Notes under the pieces: generated by a model
What the model saw: only the letters and a program-made list of their open reading frames with translations
Database searches by the model: none
Told to the model about the DNA's origin: nothing
Source of the DNA: a virus
IMG/VR virus record: IMGVR_UViG_3300023174_000071
Location: 32,001 to 96,000 of that record
Length of the DNA: 64,000 nt
Direction: 5' to 3' (one strand)
Program-made: the position numbers and the translations under genes
Part shown: positions 38,679 to 48,930 of the stretch, piece by piece
Layout: every line of letters begins with the position of its first letter
Position numbering within the stretch: position 1 is the stretch's first letter

Positions 38679-39815
38679 ATGAATTTCTCATTGAAAGATC
38701 GAACGATTCTTTTGACTGTCGCTGGTTCAAGGGCTTACGGAACACACACTCCCGAAAGCGATGTTGATATGAAAGGAGTAGCTGTTCCAACGAGAGAATA
38801 TTTCATAGGGTTCTCCAACCACTTTGAGCAAGCTGAAGGCTCGCATGTTTCTCAGTTTTTATTTCTTCTAAATGATGTTGAAAAAGAAATTGTCAAAAAC
38901 TCAAAGATGGAAGGAGTAATTTACGACATTCGAAAGTTTATAAAATTAGCCGCAGAAGCTAATCCTAATATTTTGGATGTTCTTTTTTGTCGAGAAGAAG
39001 AAGTTCGTTTAACCACTTCGGTTGGTAAAAAGCTGAGAGATTCGGCGCAAGAGTTTGTTTCTGCAAAATGTCATTTTTCTTATTCCGGATACGCCTTCTC
39101 TCAATTGAAAAGAATTAAAAATCATCGTCAATATCTTCTTAATCCACCAAAAAAGATGCCGGCAAGAAGCGATTTTGGATTGCCAGAAAAGACGCTTATT
39201 CCTGCGGATCAGTTGGCCTCAGCAAATGCTTGTGTAAAAGAATTGATGGACAGTTGGTCGATTGATTTTACAGGAGTTGAACCTTCAACGACGATTCAGA
39301 TTCAACAAAAGATTGAAGATTACTTATCTGTCATTGAAAGTTATAAGAACTCAGATATTGATCCTAAATTTTACGCTGCAGCAAAAGAACTTGGTGTCAG
39401 CGACAATTTAATTTGGGTAATGCAGCGGGAGCGTGAATATGAAAGTGCAAAACGTTCTTGGACTCAATATCAAAACTGGAAAGAAAATCGAAATAAAGAA
39501 CGAGCAAAACTTGAAGCGGAATCTGGATTTGATCGAAAGCATGCTATGCATTTGATTCGATTGCTTCATATGGGAAAAGAGATTTTAACGGAAGGTAAAG
39601 TTAATGTTTGGCGAGGCGGAATTGATGCAGATATCTTGAATGATATCCGAAATGGCGGTTGGACATACGAACAAGTAGTTGAATATTCTGAGAGATTGAA
39701 CGAAGAACTTTCTAGCATTTATCAATCCGGTTCATATGTTATTCCCAAAGCTCCAAATAAGCAAAAATTAGATAATCTTTGCCAAGAGATTGTTCAAGAA
39801 ATGTTGGATTTATGA
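38679..39815 (+). CDS. Pol-beta-superfamily nucleotidyltransferase (RlaP/YcgL-like)
   Basis: GSRAYGT..PESDVDMKG, NPNILDVL, KHAMHLIRLL. Confidence 0.85.
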   Translation: MNFSLKDRTILLTVAGSRAYGTHTPESDVDMKGVAVPTREYFIGFSNHFEQAEGSHVSQFLFLLNDVEKEIVKNSKMEGVIYDIRKFIKLAAEANPNILDVLFCREEEVRLTTSVGKKLRDSAQEFVSAKCHFSYSGYAFSQLKRIKNHRQYLLNPPKKMPARSDFGLPEKTLIPADQLASANACVKELMDSWSIDFTGVEPSTTIQIQQKIEDYLSVIESYKNSDIDPKFYAAAKELGVSDNLIWVMQREREYESAKRSWTQYQNWKENRNKERAKLEAESGFDRKHAMHLIRLLHMGKEILTEGKVNVWRGGIDADILNDIRNGGWTYEQVVEYSERLNEELSSIYQSGSYVIPKAPNKQKLDNLCQEIVQEMLDL

Positions 39816-39816
39816 T

Positions 39817-39984
39817 ATGCCCGATGTGAATAACAAAGAAAAAGATTGTTGCGAAAAAGCAAAAGAAGAAGAGCGGATTCGAATTTGGAGTTGGATTTTA
39901 TCTCAAATAGATGGCAAAGATCCAAAAGCGGCTTTGTTACTTATACAAATTGCTGAAAAGATTAAAACAGGAAAATTAAACTAG
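39817..39984 (+). CDS. Small hypothetical protein
   Basis: EERIRIWSWI...IAEKIKTG. Confidence 0.55.
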   Translation: MPDVNNKEKDCCEKAKEEERIRIWSWILSQIDGKDPKAALLLIQIAEKIKTGKLN

Positions 39985-40031
39985 CATGTAACCCAAAAGC
40001 ATGTTAATAGGAAGTATGCGGAGATTTTAAA

Positions 40032-41501
40032 ATGAATCAAGATGATATTGAAGCGAAGCTCTCATCTTTGAGAAATAATGGAATCGATCCTTATCCGTCT
40101 GGAACAGGAGAGCGGTCTTATTCCATCAAAAATCTTTATGTATTTGATAATTTCTCTCTATCTCAACTTTCCGAAATAGAGGGTATGTTTTCAATCTCCG
40201 GCAGAATTCGATTTAAAAACGAAATTGGTTCTATCGGTTTCGCTCGAATGCAAGACCATTCCGGAAAGATTCAAGTTTACATTTCAAAGAAGAATATGGA
40301 TGCACAATCTGTATCTCATTGGAAGGCCACTACTCTTGGCGATTGGGTTTCCGTCTCCGGTGTTCTCTGGAGAACAAGGACGGGCGAACTAACCCTGAAG
40401 GTTTATAATTACAAAATTACATCTAAGTGCGTTCACCCTTTGCCTGATAAGCATAATGGCTTTACGGACCAAGAAGGTTGCTATCGTCAGCGTTATTTAG
40501 ATCTAATTTTTAATGAAGAATCTTTCTCTAGAATCAAAACTCGCTCACATATTGTAGCGAAGATTCGTGATATTCTAGGCGGCAAATCTTTTCTCGAAGT
40601 GGAAACCCCTATTCTTCAGCCAATTCCCGGTGGAGCAAATGCGAAACCTTTTATCACTCATTACAATGCTTTGGGTGAAGATTTCTATATAAGAATTGCG
40701 CCAGAATTGTATTTGAAAAAGTTACTGGTCGGCGGATTCCCTGCTGTATATGAAATTGGGAAAAATTTCCGAAACGAAGGTCGTTCAACGAAGCATAATC
40801 CAGAATTTACAGCGGTTGAATTTTATAAGGCAAATGAAAACTATCTTTCATTTATGCAGCTAACCGAGTTTTTGATTTCCGAATGTGCAAAGATTGTTAA
40901 CAAGGAAATGTTGTTTGAACGAGATGGCGTTCGGTTTTCTTTACATCCAGATAATTGGTCATCAATGACGATGAGTTATTCTGTGGAAATTTACACAGGC
41001 ATTAAGAACGCTTGGGACCGAGAAGAGATTGAATCTTATCTGCTTCAATATCACCTTTCTCAAAAAGAAACCTGGAATGGATTATCTTTGGGCGCAAGGA
41101 TTGAATTTTTATTCTCCAAGCACGTTGAGCCTAATCTGATTAATCCTACATTTATTACTCGCCATCCTGTAGATATTTCGCCCCTTGCCAAAACTAGCGA
41201 TATTAATCCAAACGAAACAGACCGATTTGAATTATTTATTGCTGGAATGGAAGTTGCCAATGGATTTTCCGAATTGAATGATCCGGTGGAGCAGGCAAAG
41301 AGATTCCGAAATCAAGCGCAAAACAAAGCTTCGGGAGATGATGAGGCAATGTTCTTTGATGAAGATTTCGTTTCAGCATTAGAGTATGGAATGCCTCCAG
41401 CGGCGGGTGCAGGAATTGGAATTGATCGTTTGGTTATGCTGTTAACCGGCGCTCCATCTATCAAAGATGTAATTGCATTTCCAACTATGAAGAAAAACTG
41501 A
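40032..41501 (+). CDS. lysS: Lysine--tRNA ligase (class II)
   Basis: OB-fold N-terminus; YRQRYLDL, RIAPELYLKKL, FRNEG, GIGIDRL. Confidence 0.95.
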   Translation: MNQDDIEAKLSSLRNNGIDPYPSGTGERSYSIKNLYVFDNFSLSQLSEIEGMFSISGRIRFKNEIGSIGFARMQDHSGKIQVYISKKNMDAQSVSHWKATTLGDWVSVSGVLWRTRTGELTLKVYNYKITSKCVHPLPDKHNGFTDQEGCYRQRYLDLIFNEESFSRIKTRSHIVAKIRDILGGKSFLEVETPILQPIPGGANAKPFITHYNALGEDFYIRIAPELYLKKLLVGGFPAVYEIGKNFRNEGRSTKHNPEFTAVEFYKANENYLSFMQLTEFLISECAKIVNKEMLFERDGVRFSLHPDNWSSMTMSYSVEIYTGIKNAWDREEIESYLLQYHLSQKETWNGLSLGARIEFLFSKHVEPNLINPTFITRHPVDISPLAKTSDINPNETDRFELFIAGMEVANGFSELNDPVEQAKRFRNQAQNKASGDDEAMFFDEDFVSALEYGMPPAAGAGIGIDRLVMLLTGAPSIKDVIAFPTMKKN

Positions 41502-41623
41502 ACATCAAAAATTCATTGACAAACAATTGATTTCGCCTGTTCTTCCAGCCGAATCGATCTTTTACAATCTCTTTAAAATGCTAATATTCCCCAGAATAAA
41601 TAAGAGGGGGATAGGTAGAGGAA

Positions 41624-41893
41624 ATGTATATCGAGCTAACAAAGATTGCGAGAAAGCTTTCAAAAATGGGGAAGGTTAAAGAGGCTGAGCAACTTTTTGA
41701 CATAGCTGAAGAAGTGGGTTATACTGTAGCCACGAAAGATGATGACTTTGACCAAGACTCAAAGCAAGAAATCGATTTGTATGAAGTGATTAACAATTCA
41801 ACCTTGGAGGATATAGCTGAAATATTGCTAGATAATCTCGATGAAGAGCAGTTATTTAATTTGATAAAGATGATAAAAGATAACATATATTAA
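41624..41893 (+). CDS. Small acidic protein with propeptide-like leader
   Basis: ELTKIARKLSKMGKVKEAEQL; TGCTAAT at 41579. Confidence 0.7.
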   Translation: MYIELTKIARKLSKMGKVKEAEQLFDIAEEVGYTVATKDDDFDQDSKQEIDLYEVINNSTLEDIAEILLDNLDEEQLFNLIKMIKDNIY

Positions 41894-41907
41894 CAAGGAG
41901 AGTTCTA

Positions 41908-42153
41908 ATGGCTGTTGAATTGATTGCTCGTAAAAATACAGATTCAGATGGTTGCTTTGCAATTCAGGATTTTCAACCGGGAGATTGTATTATTGTAAAT
42001 CTTTCTGGCGGAGAACGTGTTCGTGGTGTAGTTGATCGTGCGGATTATCGTATTAATCAGATTACGTACCATACCAGTTCAGGCAAGAACTATCGAACCT
42101 CTATTGAGAGTATTGTTATGCTTCAAGGGCCGAATCGACGTTGGCTTGAATAA
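41908..42153 (+). CDS. Small SH3/Sm-like beta-barrel hypothetical protein
   Basis: FQPGDCIIV...RGVV; AAGGAG RBS. Confidence 0.6.
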   Translation: MAVELIARKNTDSDGCFAIQDFQPGDCIIVNLSGGERVRGVVDRADYRINQITYHTSSGKNYRTSIESIVMLQGPNRRWLE

Positions 42154-42197
42154 TATTTTGAAATATTGAATTTTCTGATAGTTTAATTTCAAAAGAG

Positions 42198-42410
42198 GTG
42201 AATATGCAAAAGAAGCCAGTTGTAAAAACTCGTAAGTTGAAGAATTTTTCTTTTTCGTTGATTAAGCAAAATCCTTCGCATGCCCGTTATAGTAACAATC
42301 TATCCATTATGGTTAATAATGGAGAGAAAGAACAACGTGTGACGTTTAATCCACGAGAAGCACGAGCGTTGCAGCGATTCTTGGAAGAGAATCTTCAGAA
42401 CCAAGATTGA
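42198..42410 (+). CDS. Hypothetical protein
   Basis: GAGG RBS; followed by a terminator. Confidence 0.65.
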   Translation: MNMQKKPVVKTRKLKNFSFSLIKQNPSHARYSNNLSIMVNNGEKEQRVTFNPREARALQRFLEENLQNQD

Positions 42411-42412
42411 TA

Positions 42413-42443
42413 AAAGCGGGGCGAGTTATTCTCGCCCCTTTTT
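42413..42443 (+). terminator. Intrinsic terminator
   Basis: GGGGCGAG/CTCGCCCC stem followed by a T-tract. Confidence 0.8.
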
Positions 42444-42461
42444 ACTTCCAAACGTGAAAAA

Positions 42462-43586
42462 ATGAAAGCCACCCAACATTATAAAAGCGCAAAAGTTGGA
42501 AATTTTCTCTTATATATTCTTAAGTCATTAAATCATGACCAGATTATATCGGGATTAGTTCACAAAAACATTTCTATGGACTACATTCGAAATCAATTTT
42601 TGTTGGACGGGATAAATTATAATCATCTTATTATTGCGGCGAACTATCGTTACCTTCAACTTTTTGAAGAATATCAATTTGACAGCTATCTCTGCAGAAC
42701 TGAAGGCGTAGGTGAACAGACAACTTTCGCCATGTTTGATGAGGCAGAAGGTCACTTTAAAGAAAGCTATAAAGATTTCTTCTCTGATGAATTCATTCAA
42801 TGTATTTATAAGAATAAAAATTCAAGAATGGGTTATAGGAGTATTTACTATTTCTTTAATTTGATTTCAAATATATTAATTGAGCCTGCTTGTTTTTCTC
42901 TACCTGCTCAGCTTTCAATGTCTCAAATAGCTGATTATAGTTCAAACTTGTTTTTGATGACGCCTCTTAAGAAAGTTAAGAATTCTAATCCATTAAAATA
43001 TGAAAAAGTTGAAACGCCAATCTATCTAAGAAAGAAAGATATGGCTCTAGATATGTATGCGGCAAGTTGTGGTAAAAGCCCAACTCTAAGTGCAGAAGAT
43101 ATTGGAACATTAAATTCGTCTGTATTTAAAACCACAAAGATGAATAGCAATTTTTATTACATACCCGCAACTTCATATATCTCTTGTAACAATTTTTTTA
43201 AATCAAATCCAAGTGAATTTAATAAGCAAATCGATTTTGTTTTGGGCAACTATAAGAAGCTAACTCCTGAGCAGAGGTTTGCCCTTGTTTCTATTTTAAG
43301 CGTTATTGGTGCGGTAAATAAGGATTCTGCCGAACTCTTCCGACGAGATCGTTCAACCCTTGTTCAAGAGCATTTTTTGAAAATGATGTGCATCAACAGC
43401 CATCTTTATCCAAATATTAATTCTTTGCTTCAATCATATTTGGATCTAAAGAACAGTTACCTTTCAGATAACTTTAGAATAATTTTAGCTTATCATGGTT
43501 CGTTTGAATGGTTGCCATTTTTGCTTGGAACGAATAGAATGCGGGTGTCGGATATTGTTAACGAACGGATAGAGAGGGGATTTTGA
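42462..43586 (+). CDS. Helical protein, 'PFLLG...RLE.G' C-terminal family
   Basis: Ends WLPFLLG...IVNERIERGF. Confidence 0.7.
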   Translation: MKATQHYKSAKVGNFLLYILKSLNHDQIISGLVHKNISMDYIRNQFLLDGINYNHLIIAANYRYLQLFEEYQFDSYLCRTEGVGEQTTFAMFDEAEGHFKESYKDFFSDEFIQCIYKNKNSRMGYRSIYYFFNLISNILIEPACFSLPAQLSMSQIADYSSNLFLMTPLKKVKNSNPLKYEKVETPIYLRKKDMALDMYAASCGKSPTLSAEDIGTLNSSVFKTTKMNSNFYYIPATSYISCNNFFKSNPSEFNKQIDFVLGNYKKLTPEQRFALVSILSVIGAVNKDSAELFRRDRSTLVQEHFLKMMCINSHLYPNINSLLQSYLDLKNSYLSDNFRIILAYHGSFEWLPFLLGTNRMRVSDIVNERIERGF

Positions 43587-44104
43587 AATTCCGAGAAGAA
43601 ACTAGGCGTCAACGTTATTTGGCGAAAGCTTCAAGGGCGAAAGTTCTGCCATTCTATTTGGCTGCAGTTAACTTTGGTTTAGATGAAAATCTAGCGCTAC
43701 TTATTCGTTCCGCATCTTGTTTTGGTGCGGCAGGAATATTTGTAATTGGAGGCGTTCCGAGTCCTTCCTTTTTAAGGGGCCGCTCCGGAACAACGCTTGA
43801 TTTCGCAAATATTAAATCATTTTCTAACCCATCGCATTTTCTTGCACATTGCAGAGAAGAAGGTTTTAAGGTTGTCTCAGCGGAGATTTGTGATGGTGCA
43901 ACAAGTTTATATGATTATTCTTTTGATTTTTCAGCGCCAAATGTAATTGTAGTTGGAAATGAAACAACGGGGGTTCCGGGAGAAATTATTCTGCATAGCG
44001 ACAATGTGTTTATTGAAATGCCCGGAGTTGGAGCGTTTCTCAACACATCTCAAACTGCAACTGTTTTTGCTAATGAGTTTGTTCGCCAGCTAAAATATTC
44101 ATAA
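43583..44104 (+). CDS. SpoU/TrmH-family RNA 2'-O-methyltransferase
   Basis: NLALLIRSA..FG, VVGNETTG, IEMPG...LNTS. Confidence 0.88.
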   Translation: MKFREETRRQRYLAKASRAKVLPFYLAAVNFGLDENLALLIRSASCFGAAGIFVIGGVPSPSFLRGRSGTTLDFANIKSFSNPSHFLAHCREEGFKVVSAEICDGATSLYDYSFDFSAPNVIVVGNETTGVPGEIILHSDNVFIEMPGVGAFLNTSQTATVFANEFVRQLKYS

Positions 44105-44105
44105 G

Positions 44106-45197
44106 TTATGCTGCGATCTTGGCGGCAGCTCCGGCAGCATTATCGGTTTCATCTATTAGTTTGCTTAAATCTCGAATAGACTTTTTAAACGCCTCTGGAT
44201 CGAATTCTTTGACCGATGCGTCCGGCTTATCTTCCTGTTTAGTGGTTAGAACTTTGTCACCCTTTGCTTCTTCTTCTTTGATTTTCTTATTTAGATAATC
44301 AAGATGTTGATTTATAATTTCTTGGGCGCTATCAAATGTTGCGCCGAACCACATCTCTACTGCTTTTGGTCCCGCATATATTTGAAGAATATTGTTGATT
44401 GTATTTGCAATCTGAAGAAAAGTTGCCGCACCAGCAGATAGACCAAATGTTGCGGGAGTCGCTATCGCTCCAGCTATAGTGAGAATGTCAACAATTAAAT
44501 CTAAAAACCCGCCGCCAGCATCTAAAAATGCCAGTATCCAATGGCGAGTGTAGCTGGCCAACTTTACAAGATCCATAACTGCATCAGGATCATCTTTGTG
44601 TTTTAAGAGAATATTTTTGATTTTTTCTGGATGCGTAATTGGCTCAAAATGTCCAAAACCATATTTGTCACACAATACATTGGACTCATTTCGATATCCT
44701 GAAAAAATATTATAGAGTCCATAGATAACTTGAGTTAGACCTAGCGCCTTGGTAAATACACCAAAAACCTTTGGACGCATTTTAAATTTTCCAAAGTTAT
44801 CAAAAAAACTATCTTTAATTGCTTTAAACTCAATAGCTTCTTTGGTAAACCCAGAATCGTCGCAAAATAATCCTTCAGAAATTAAATATTCTTCAAATAT
44901 TTTTGCGCTCTTTACTGCTTCAGCTTCCGTTCCATCTTCGCTTACTAAATAATCTCTAATTTTTTTTAATTGATCCCCGCTAAACCCAGCAACTGTTGCG
45001 GCAAATTCTTTCATCTGAGAAATTGGTCTCCCAGATAGAAGCTCTTCTTTTAGGACCTTATTAGCTTCCAACCATTTTTGCTGTTGAGCATAAAGAGATT
45101 CTACGCTATTATCAGATGAATATTTTTTCATACCGCCTTGCTTTTCCAGCAAAAGTTGATACATAGCAGAACGAAGTGTAATTAGACGTTGATTCAT
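44106..45197 (-). CDS. Hypothetical protein with hydrophobic/Gly-Ala segment; possible ejected or membrane-inserting virion protein
   Basis: ATG 45197 with TACTATT 28 nt upstream; KKYS and TKEA motifs; AGAIATPATFGLSAGAA segment. Confidence 0.65.
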   Translation of the reverse strand: MNQRLITLRSAMYQLLLEKQGGMKKYSSDNSVESLYAQQQKWLEANKVLKEELLSGRPISQMKEFAATVAGFSGDQLKKIRDYLVSEDGTEAEAVKSAKIFEEYLISEGLFCDDSGFTKEAIEFKAIKDSFFDNFGKFKMRPKVFGVFTKALGLTQVIYGLYNIFSGYRNESNVLCDKYGFGHFEPITHPEKIKNILLKHKDDPDAVMDLVKLASYTRHWILAFLDAGGGFLDLIVDILTIAGAIATPATFGLSAGAATFLQIANTINNILQIYAGPKAVEMWFGATFDSAQEIINQHLDYLNKKIKEEEAKGDKVLTTKQEDKPDASVKEFDPEAFKKSIRDLSKLIDETDNAAGAAAKIAA

Positions 45198-45241
45198 AAG
45201 ATTACTCTCTAAAAAGTTTCGCAAAAATAGTAGGTGAAAAA

Positions 45242-46372
45242 ATGAGAATCGTAAAAGACAAACTACTTAATGATGTAGTAAAGTTTCTTTTGCCAAAATA
45301 CATTCTTGATCAAAAACCAATTATTGCAGGCGGAAGTATTCTTTCATTATACCGACATATTATTCTTAATAAAAAACATAAAGATTTACCGGTAGAGTTC
45401 GGCGACGTAGATTGCTGGTTTTTAAAAGAAAATCCAATTCATGACTCTTTTGAGTTTGATTTTTTATTTGAAAACATTGAATGTACTCCTGAAAATCGAG
45501 AAATCTTTAAAAGAAAAGTTCAACAATATGGTTACACTCAGACCTTTTTTAAGAGCTCACGTTGGGCTAACACCTTTTGCTTTGAACCTGATTTTGATTA
45601 TGTATCTTATTTTGAACAATATCGAACCATAGAATATCAAATTGTAAAAACAAAACCGGAATCAATCGAACAGCTGTTAAGTAGTTTTGATATTAACATT
45701 GTTTCTATTGCTTGGCATGACGACAACGTCTATATTTCTGAAAGAGCGGACAGGGCTCTAGCGGAAGATGGAGAGATTGAAATTAGGAATGAGATTATCT
45801 CTGGAGGATCCGTTCTTCAGAAGATCTACTCTGTAAATCGGGCCTTTAAGCATAACGCTAGAACAGGAAAGCACTTCTCCAAACAAACAACAGATGATGT
45901 GTTTAACATCTTTCTTGAATATACAAATTTGGACAACAGAGAGTCTTTTGGATTGGAAGTTGTTAACGAAAAGCAGAACCTGCCAATTACAATGATCGAT
46001 CCAAAAACAAATAAATATTCCGCATTAACCATTTCTGAAGATGTAAAAAAAGTTGTCTCAGATATTGGCTATTTAGACTACGATCTAAATCTAGAAGTGA
46101 TAGAGCGTGAATGTCTCAATACATCAAGTGCGTTAGTCAAAGACATATTGAGCAATTACGAGTTGGATGATAAGATTGATTTAGAGTTCGTAAGGACGAT
46201 ATATCTAAGTTTTGTACAAAACTTTGGATACTTAATTAACATGAAACATTTTGATAAGATGAAGTTGCTTTATTTTGTAAACAACAAAGAGCCTTATATC
46301 CAATCTTTAACTAAAATTACAGTTGATGTAGAAAATCAAAATCACTTTGAAGATTTGCATATCCCATTTTAA
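45242..46372 (+). CDS. Nucleotidyltransferase-like protein (poly(A)/CCA-adding head-like)
   Basis: IIAGGS...GDVDCWF...LLSSFDINI. Confidence 0.65.
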   Translation: MRIVKDKLLNDVVKFLLPKYILDQKPIIAGGSILSLYRHIILNKKHKDLPVEFGDVDCWFLKENPIHDSFEFDFLFENIECTPENREIFKRKVQQYGYTQTFFKSSRWANTFCFEPDFDYVSYFEQYRTIEYQIVKTKPESIEQLLSSFDINIVSIAWHDDNVYISERADRALAEDGEIEIRNEIISGGSVLQKIYSVNRAFKHNARTGKHFSKQTTDDVFNIFLEYTNLDNRESFGLEVVNEKQNLPITMIDPKTNKYSALTISEDVKKVVSDIGYLDYDLNLEVIERECLNTSSALVKDILSNYELDDKIDLEFVRTIYLSFVQNFGYLINMKHFDKMKLLYFVNNKEPYIQSLTKITVDVENQNHFEDLHIPF

Positions 46373-46386
46373 AAAGAGAGAAAGCC

Positions 46387-47151
46387 ATGCCGTATATGAC
46401 TGTTGAAAAAGATCCTCTTGATACTTTCTGCCGCTTTGTTGAAAGTTGCTCTGATGAGCAAGAATTGAGTGTTCTTGACAATATCCTTAATGATATGTTG
46501 GAGATTAACAATCATCAGAAGCAAATAGAAAGCCTTGATGAAAATCTTTACTCAAACGAACGGGCTCAATACGCAATCTATGTTATGAATTTCGATATGG
46601 ATCGAGTTCGTTTTGCTTCGGAAAAAGTTTCTTCAAAAATCGCATATATGAATGAAATGAAACTCCGAGAGTTGGAACTAAAGCACGCATCTGAGCCTAA
46701 TTCAGAAGATGAGAGCTTGGAAGAAGATCCTCTTACTGACGAAGAGCGAAAAGAACAGCAGGAATATGAGCAAGACCTCCCCGCCTCATCCGCTTCTCTT
46801 TCTGAGATGGCTCAGCAAATTTGCAAAATGCCAGAATTTAGCTGGCAAGAAGGAATGCAAGCTATTTCTGCAGATAAGAAGATTCGGGTCTCAGAATCTA
46901 ATATTAACAATCTTCCTTCGGATGCATATGTATCTCTTTCAGATCCGGCAACAAAAGGTATTCTCTTGGATCTCGCAAGGAAGCTGTTGAAGCGTGATAC
47001 GTTGTTTATCTCGCCTCCGGGGGCTTTTTCGGTTGGTTGGGGTTATGGTTTTGTAAATACAAGTCTTTCTTCTCCAAAAAATTCATTTAAATCATCCGAA
47101 GAAGAAGTTCTTGCGACGCTTATTTTGAACCACAAAAACTACTTGTACTAA
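46387..47151 (+). CDS. Hypothetical two-domain protein
   Basis: Acidic linker; FSWQEGM...LSDPATKGILL. Confidence 0.7.
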   Translation: MPYMTVEKDPLDTFCRFVESCSDEQELSVLDNILNDMLEINNHQKQIESLDENLYSNERAQYAIYVMNFDMDRVRFASEKVSSKIAYMNEMKLRELELKHASEPNSEDESLEEDPLTDEERKEQQEYEQDLPASSASLSEMAQQICKMPEFSWQEGMQAISADKKIRVSESNINNLPSDAYVSLSDPATKGILLDLARKLLKRDTLFISPPGAFSVGWGYGFVNTSLSSPKNSFKSSEEEVLATLILNHKNYLY

Positions 47152-47225
47152 GCGAACAAAACGAGTAGAATAGAGGGAAAGCCGACCAGTTTTTGGTCGG
47201 CATATTTAGCTGAAAAGGAGTGTAA

Positions 47226-48839
47226 ATGAATCCGAAAGAAGTTGTATTTGGTGGTCAGGCTCGTGCGGAAATGCAAAAGGGAGTGGATACTTTAGCGAAC
47301 GCAGTTAAGGCAACCCTCGGCCCACGAGGACGCCATGTTGCGATTGAACGTCAATATGGCCCTCCTCTTATTACAAAGGACGGCGTTACGGTTGCTCGTA
47401 ATATTTTGTTGTTTAATCCTCTTCAGAATATGGGCGCTCAACTTGTAAAGTCAGTTGCCTCTGCGGCAAATGCAATCGCAGGAGACGGCACAACCACAGC
47501 GACAGTCTTAGCGCAAGCGATTTATAATGAAGGCGCAAAGATGGTTGCAGTTGGACACAATCCTGTTCTAGTTAAAAAGGGAATCGATCTCGGCGTTCAA
47601 GCTGTTGTTGATGCTCTAAAAGAAAATAGTGTTCAGGTTATCGATCCAGAAACCGTAAAGCATGTTGCATCAATTTCTGCAAATAATGATGTCTCTATCG
47701 GTCAATTAATTTCAGAAGCTGTAGCTGCAGTTGGTAATGATGGCGTAATTTCTGTCGAAGAAGCTACCGGGCTAAAGACGCACCTTGAATATACCGATGG
47801 TTTCGAGGTAGACCGTGGATATGTTTCGCCAGCATTTATTACAAATGAACAGCGACAATCCGTTGAACTAAAGAATCCATTTATTCTTTTTTATGATGAC
47901 CGCCTTTCGCAGACCAGTGATTTCATTAACATCATTAGTCAGATTCCTGAAACAAGTCGTCCTATTCTAGTTGTTGCAAAAGATATCGATGGCGATGCTT
48001 TGGCTACCTTGGTTTACAACAAAGGCAAGGGCGCTCTAAATTGCTGTGCGATTAAATCTCCAGGTTTTGGCGATTTTCGACGTGAATTTATGTCGGATCT
48101 TTCGACCCTCTGTGGCGGAAAGTTGTTTACGAATGAAGACGGGAAGTCTGTTCGTGAAGCTCAATTATCTGATCTTGGCTCCGCTGCTTCCGTTACGATC
48201 AATCGTAATAGCACAGTTATTATTGGCCCCAAGGGAAATCCTGCGCTTATCGAAGGTCGAATTGGAATGCTACGAGAGCAAATGAGAAATCCAAATCTTT
48301 ACGACCTTCAACGTGAAAATATTAAAAATCGCCTAGCGAAGCTTTCAGGCGGCGTTGCGGTAATTAAGGTTGGTGGCTCCACAGAGAGTGAGATGCGTGA
48401 GCGAAAGGACCGAGTTGAAGACGCCATTAATGCTGTAAAGTCAGCCATTCAAGAAGGTATCGTTCCGGGTGGTGGTTCAGCACTTCTTCACTGCACAAAG
48501 GCTCTTGATTCAATTTCTACAGATAATCTTCTTCCAGAAGAAGTGATTGGAATTGATATCGTTCGACGCTCTATTCGTGCTCCATTCCAGCAAATTTTAA
48601 CAAATGCTGGCGTCGAATATCATCAGTTTATGCACATGATTGTTGATGGTAGCGCCCGATGCGGATATGACGCTTTGCGTGGAAAATTTGTTGAAGATAT
48701 GGTTTCTGCGGGAATTATTGATCCTACAAAGGTTGTTCGCTCAGCGCTCGAACATGCAGCTTCTGCCAGTGGAACGCTTCTTACTACGGAAGTAACAATC
48801 TTTGATTTACTAGAAGAACCTACAGCTAAGCAGAATTAA
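47226..48839 (+). CDS. groEL: Chaperonin GroEL
   Basis: TLGPRGR, ITKDGVTVA, AGDGTTTATVLA, ERKDRVEDA, GIIDPTKV. Confidence 0.97.
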   Translation: MNPKEVVFGGQARAEMQKGVDTLANAVKATLGPRGRHVAIERQYGPPLITKDGVTVARNILLFNPLQNMGAQLVKSVASAANAIAGDGTTTATVLAQAIYNEGAKMVAVGHNPVLVKKGIDLGVQAVVDALKENSVQVIDPETVKHVASISANNDVSIGQLISEAVAAVGNDGVISVEEATGLKTHLEYTDGFEVDRGYVSPAFITNEQRQSVELKNPFILFYDDRLSQTSDFINIISQIPETSRPILVVAKDIDGDALATLVYNKGKGALNCCAIKSPGFGDFRREFMSDLSTLCGGKLFTNEDGKSVREAQLSDLGSAASVTINRNSTVIIGPKGNPALIEGRIGMLREQMRNPNLYDLQRENIKNRLAKLSGGVAVIKVGGSTESEMRERKDRVEDAINAVKSAIQEGIVPGGGSALLHCTKALDSISTDNLLPEEVIGIDIVRRSIRAPFQQILTNAGVEYHQFMHMIVDGSARCGYDALRGKFVEDMVSAGIIDPTKVVRSALEHAASASGTLLTTEVTIFDLLEEPTAKQN

Positions 48840-48864
48840 TTCCAAACAGCTGCACCAAAACTTC

Positions 48865-48900
48865 AAATAGCGCAAGGGCAAAATCCTTTGCGCTATTTAT
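48865..48900 (+). terminator. Intrinsic terminator
   Basis: AAATAGCGCAAGGG/CCTTTGCGCTATTT stem. Confidence 0.7.
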
Positions 48901-48930
48901 GTCTTGAGTCATGATAAAATAAGAAGCGAC

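Noticed and set aside
47152-47225. CIRCE operator or groES upstream of groEL
   Set aside because: Only a GCCGACCA/TGGTCGGC leader hairpin is present; there is no TTAGCACTC-N9-GAGTGCTAA and no room for groES
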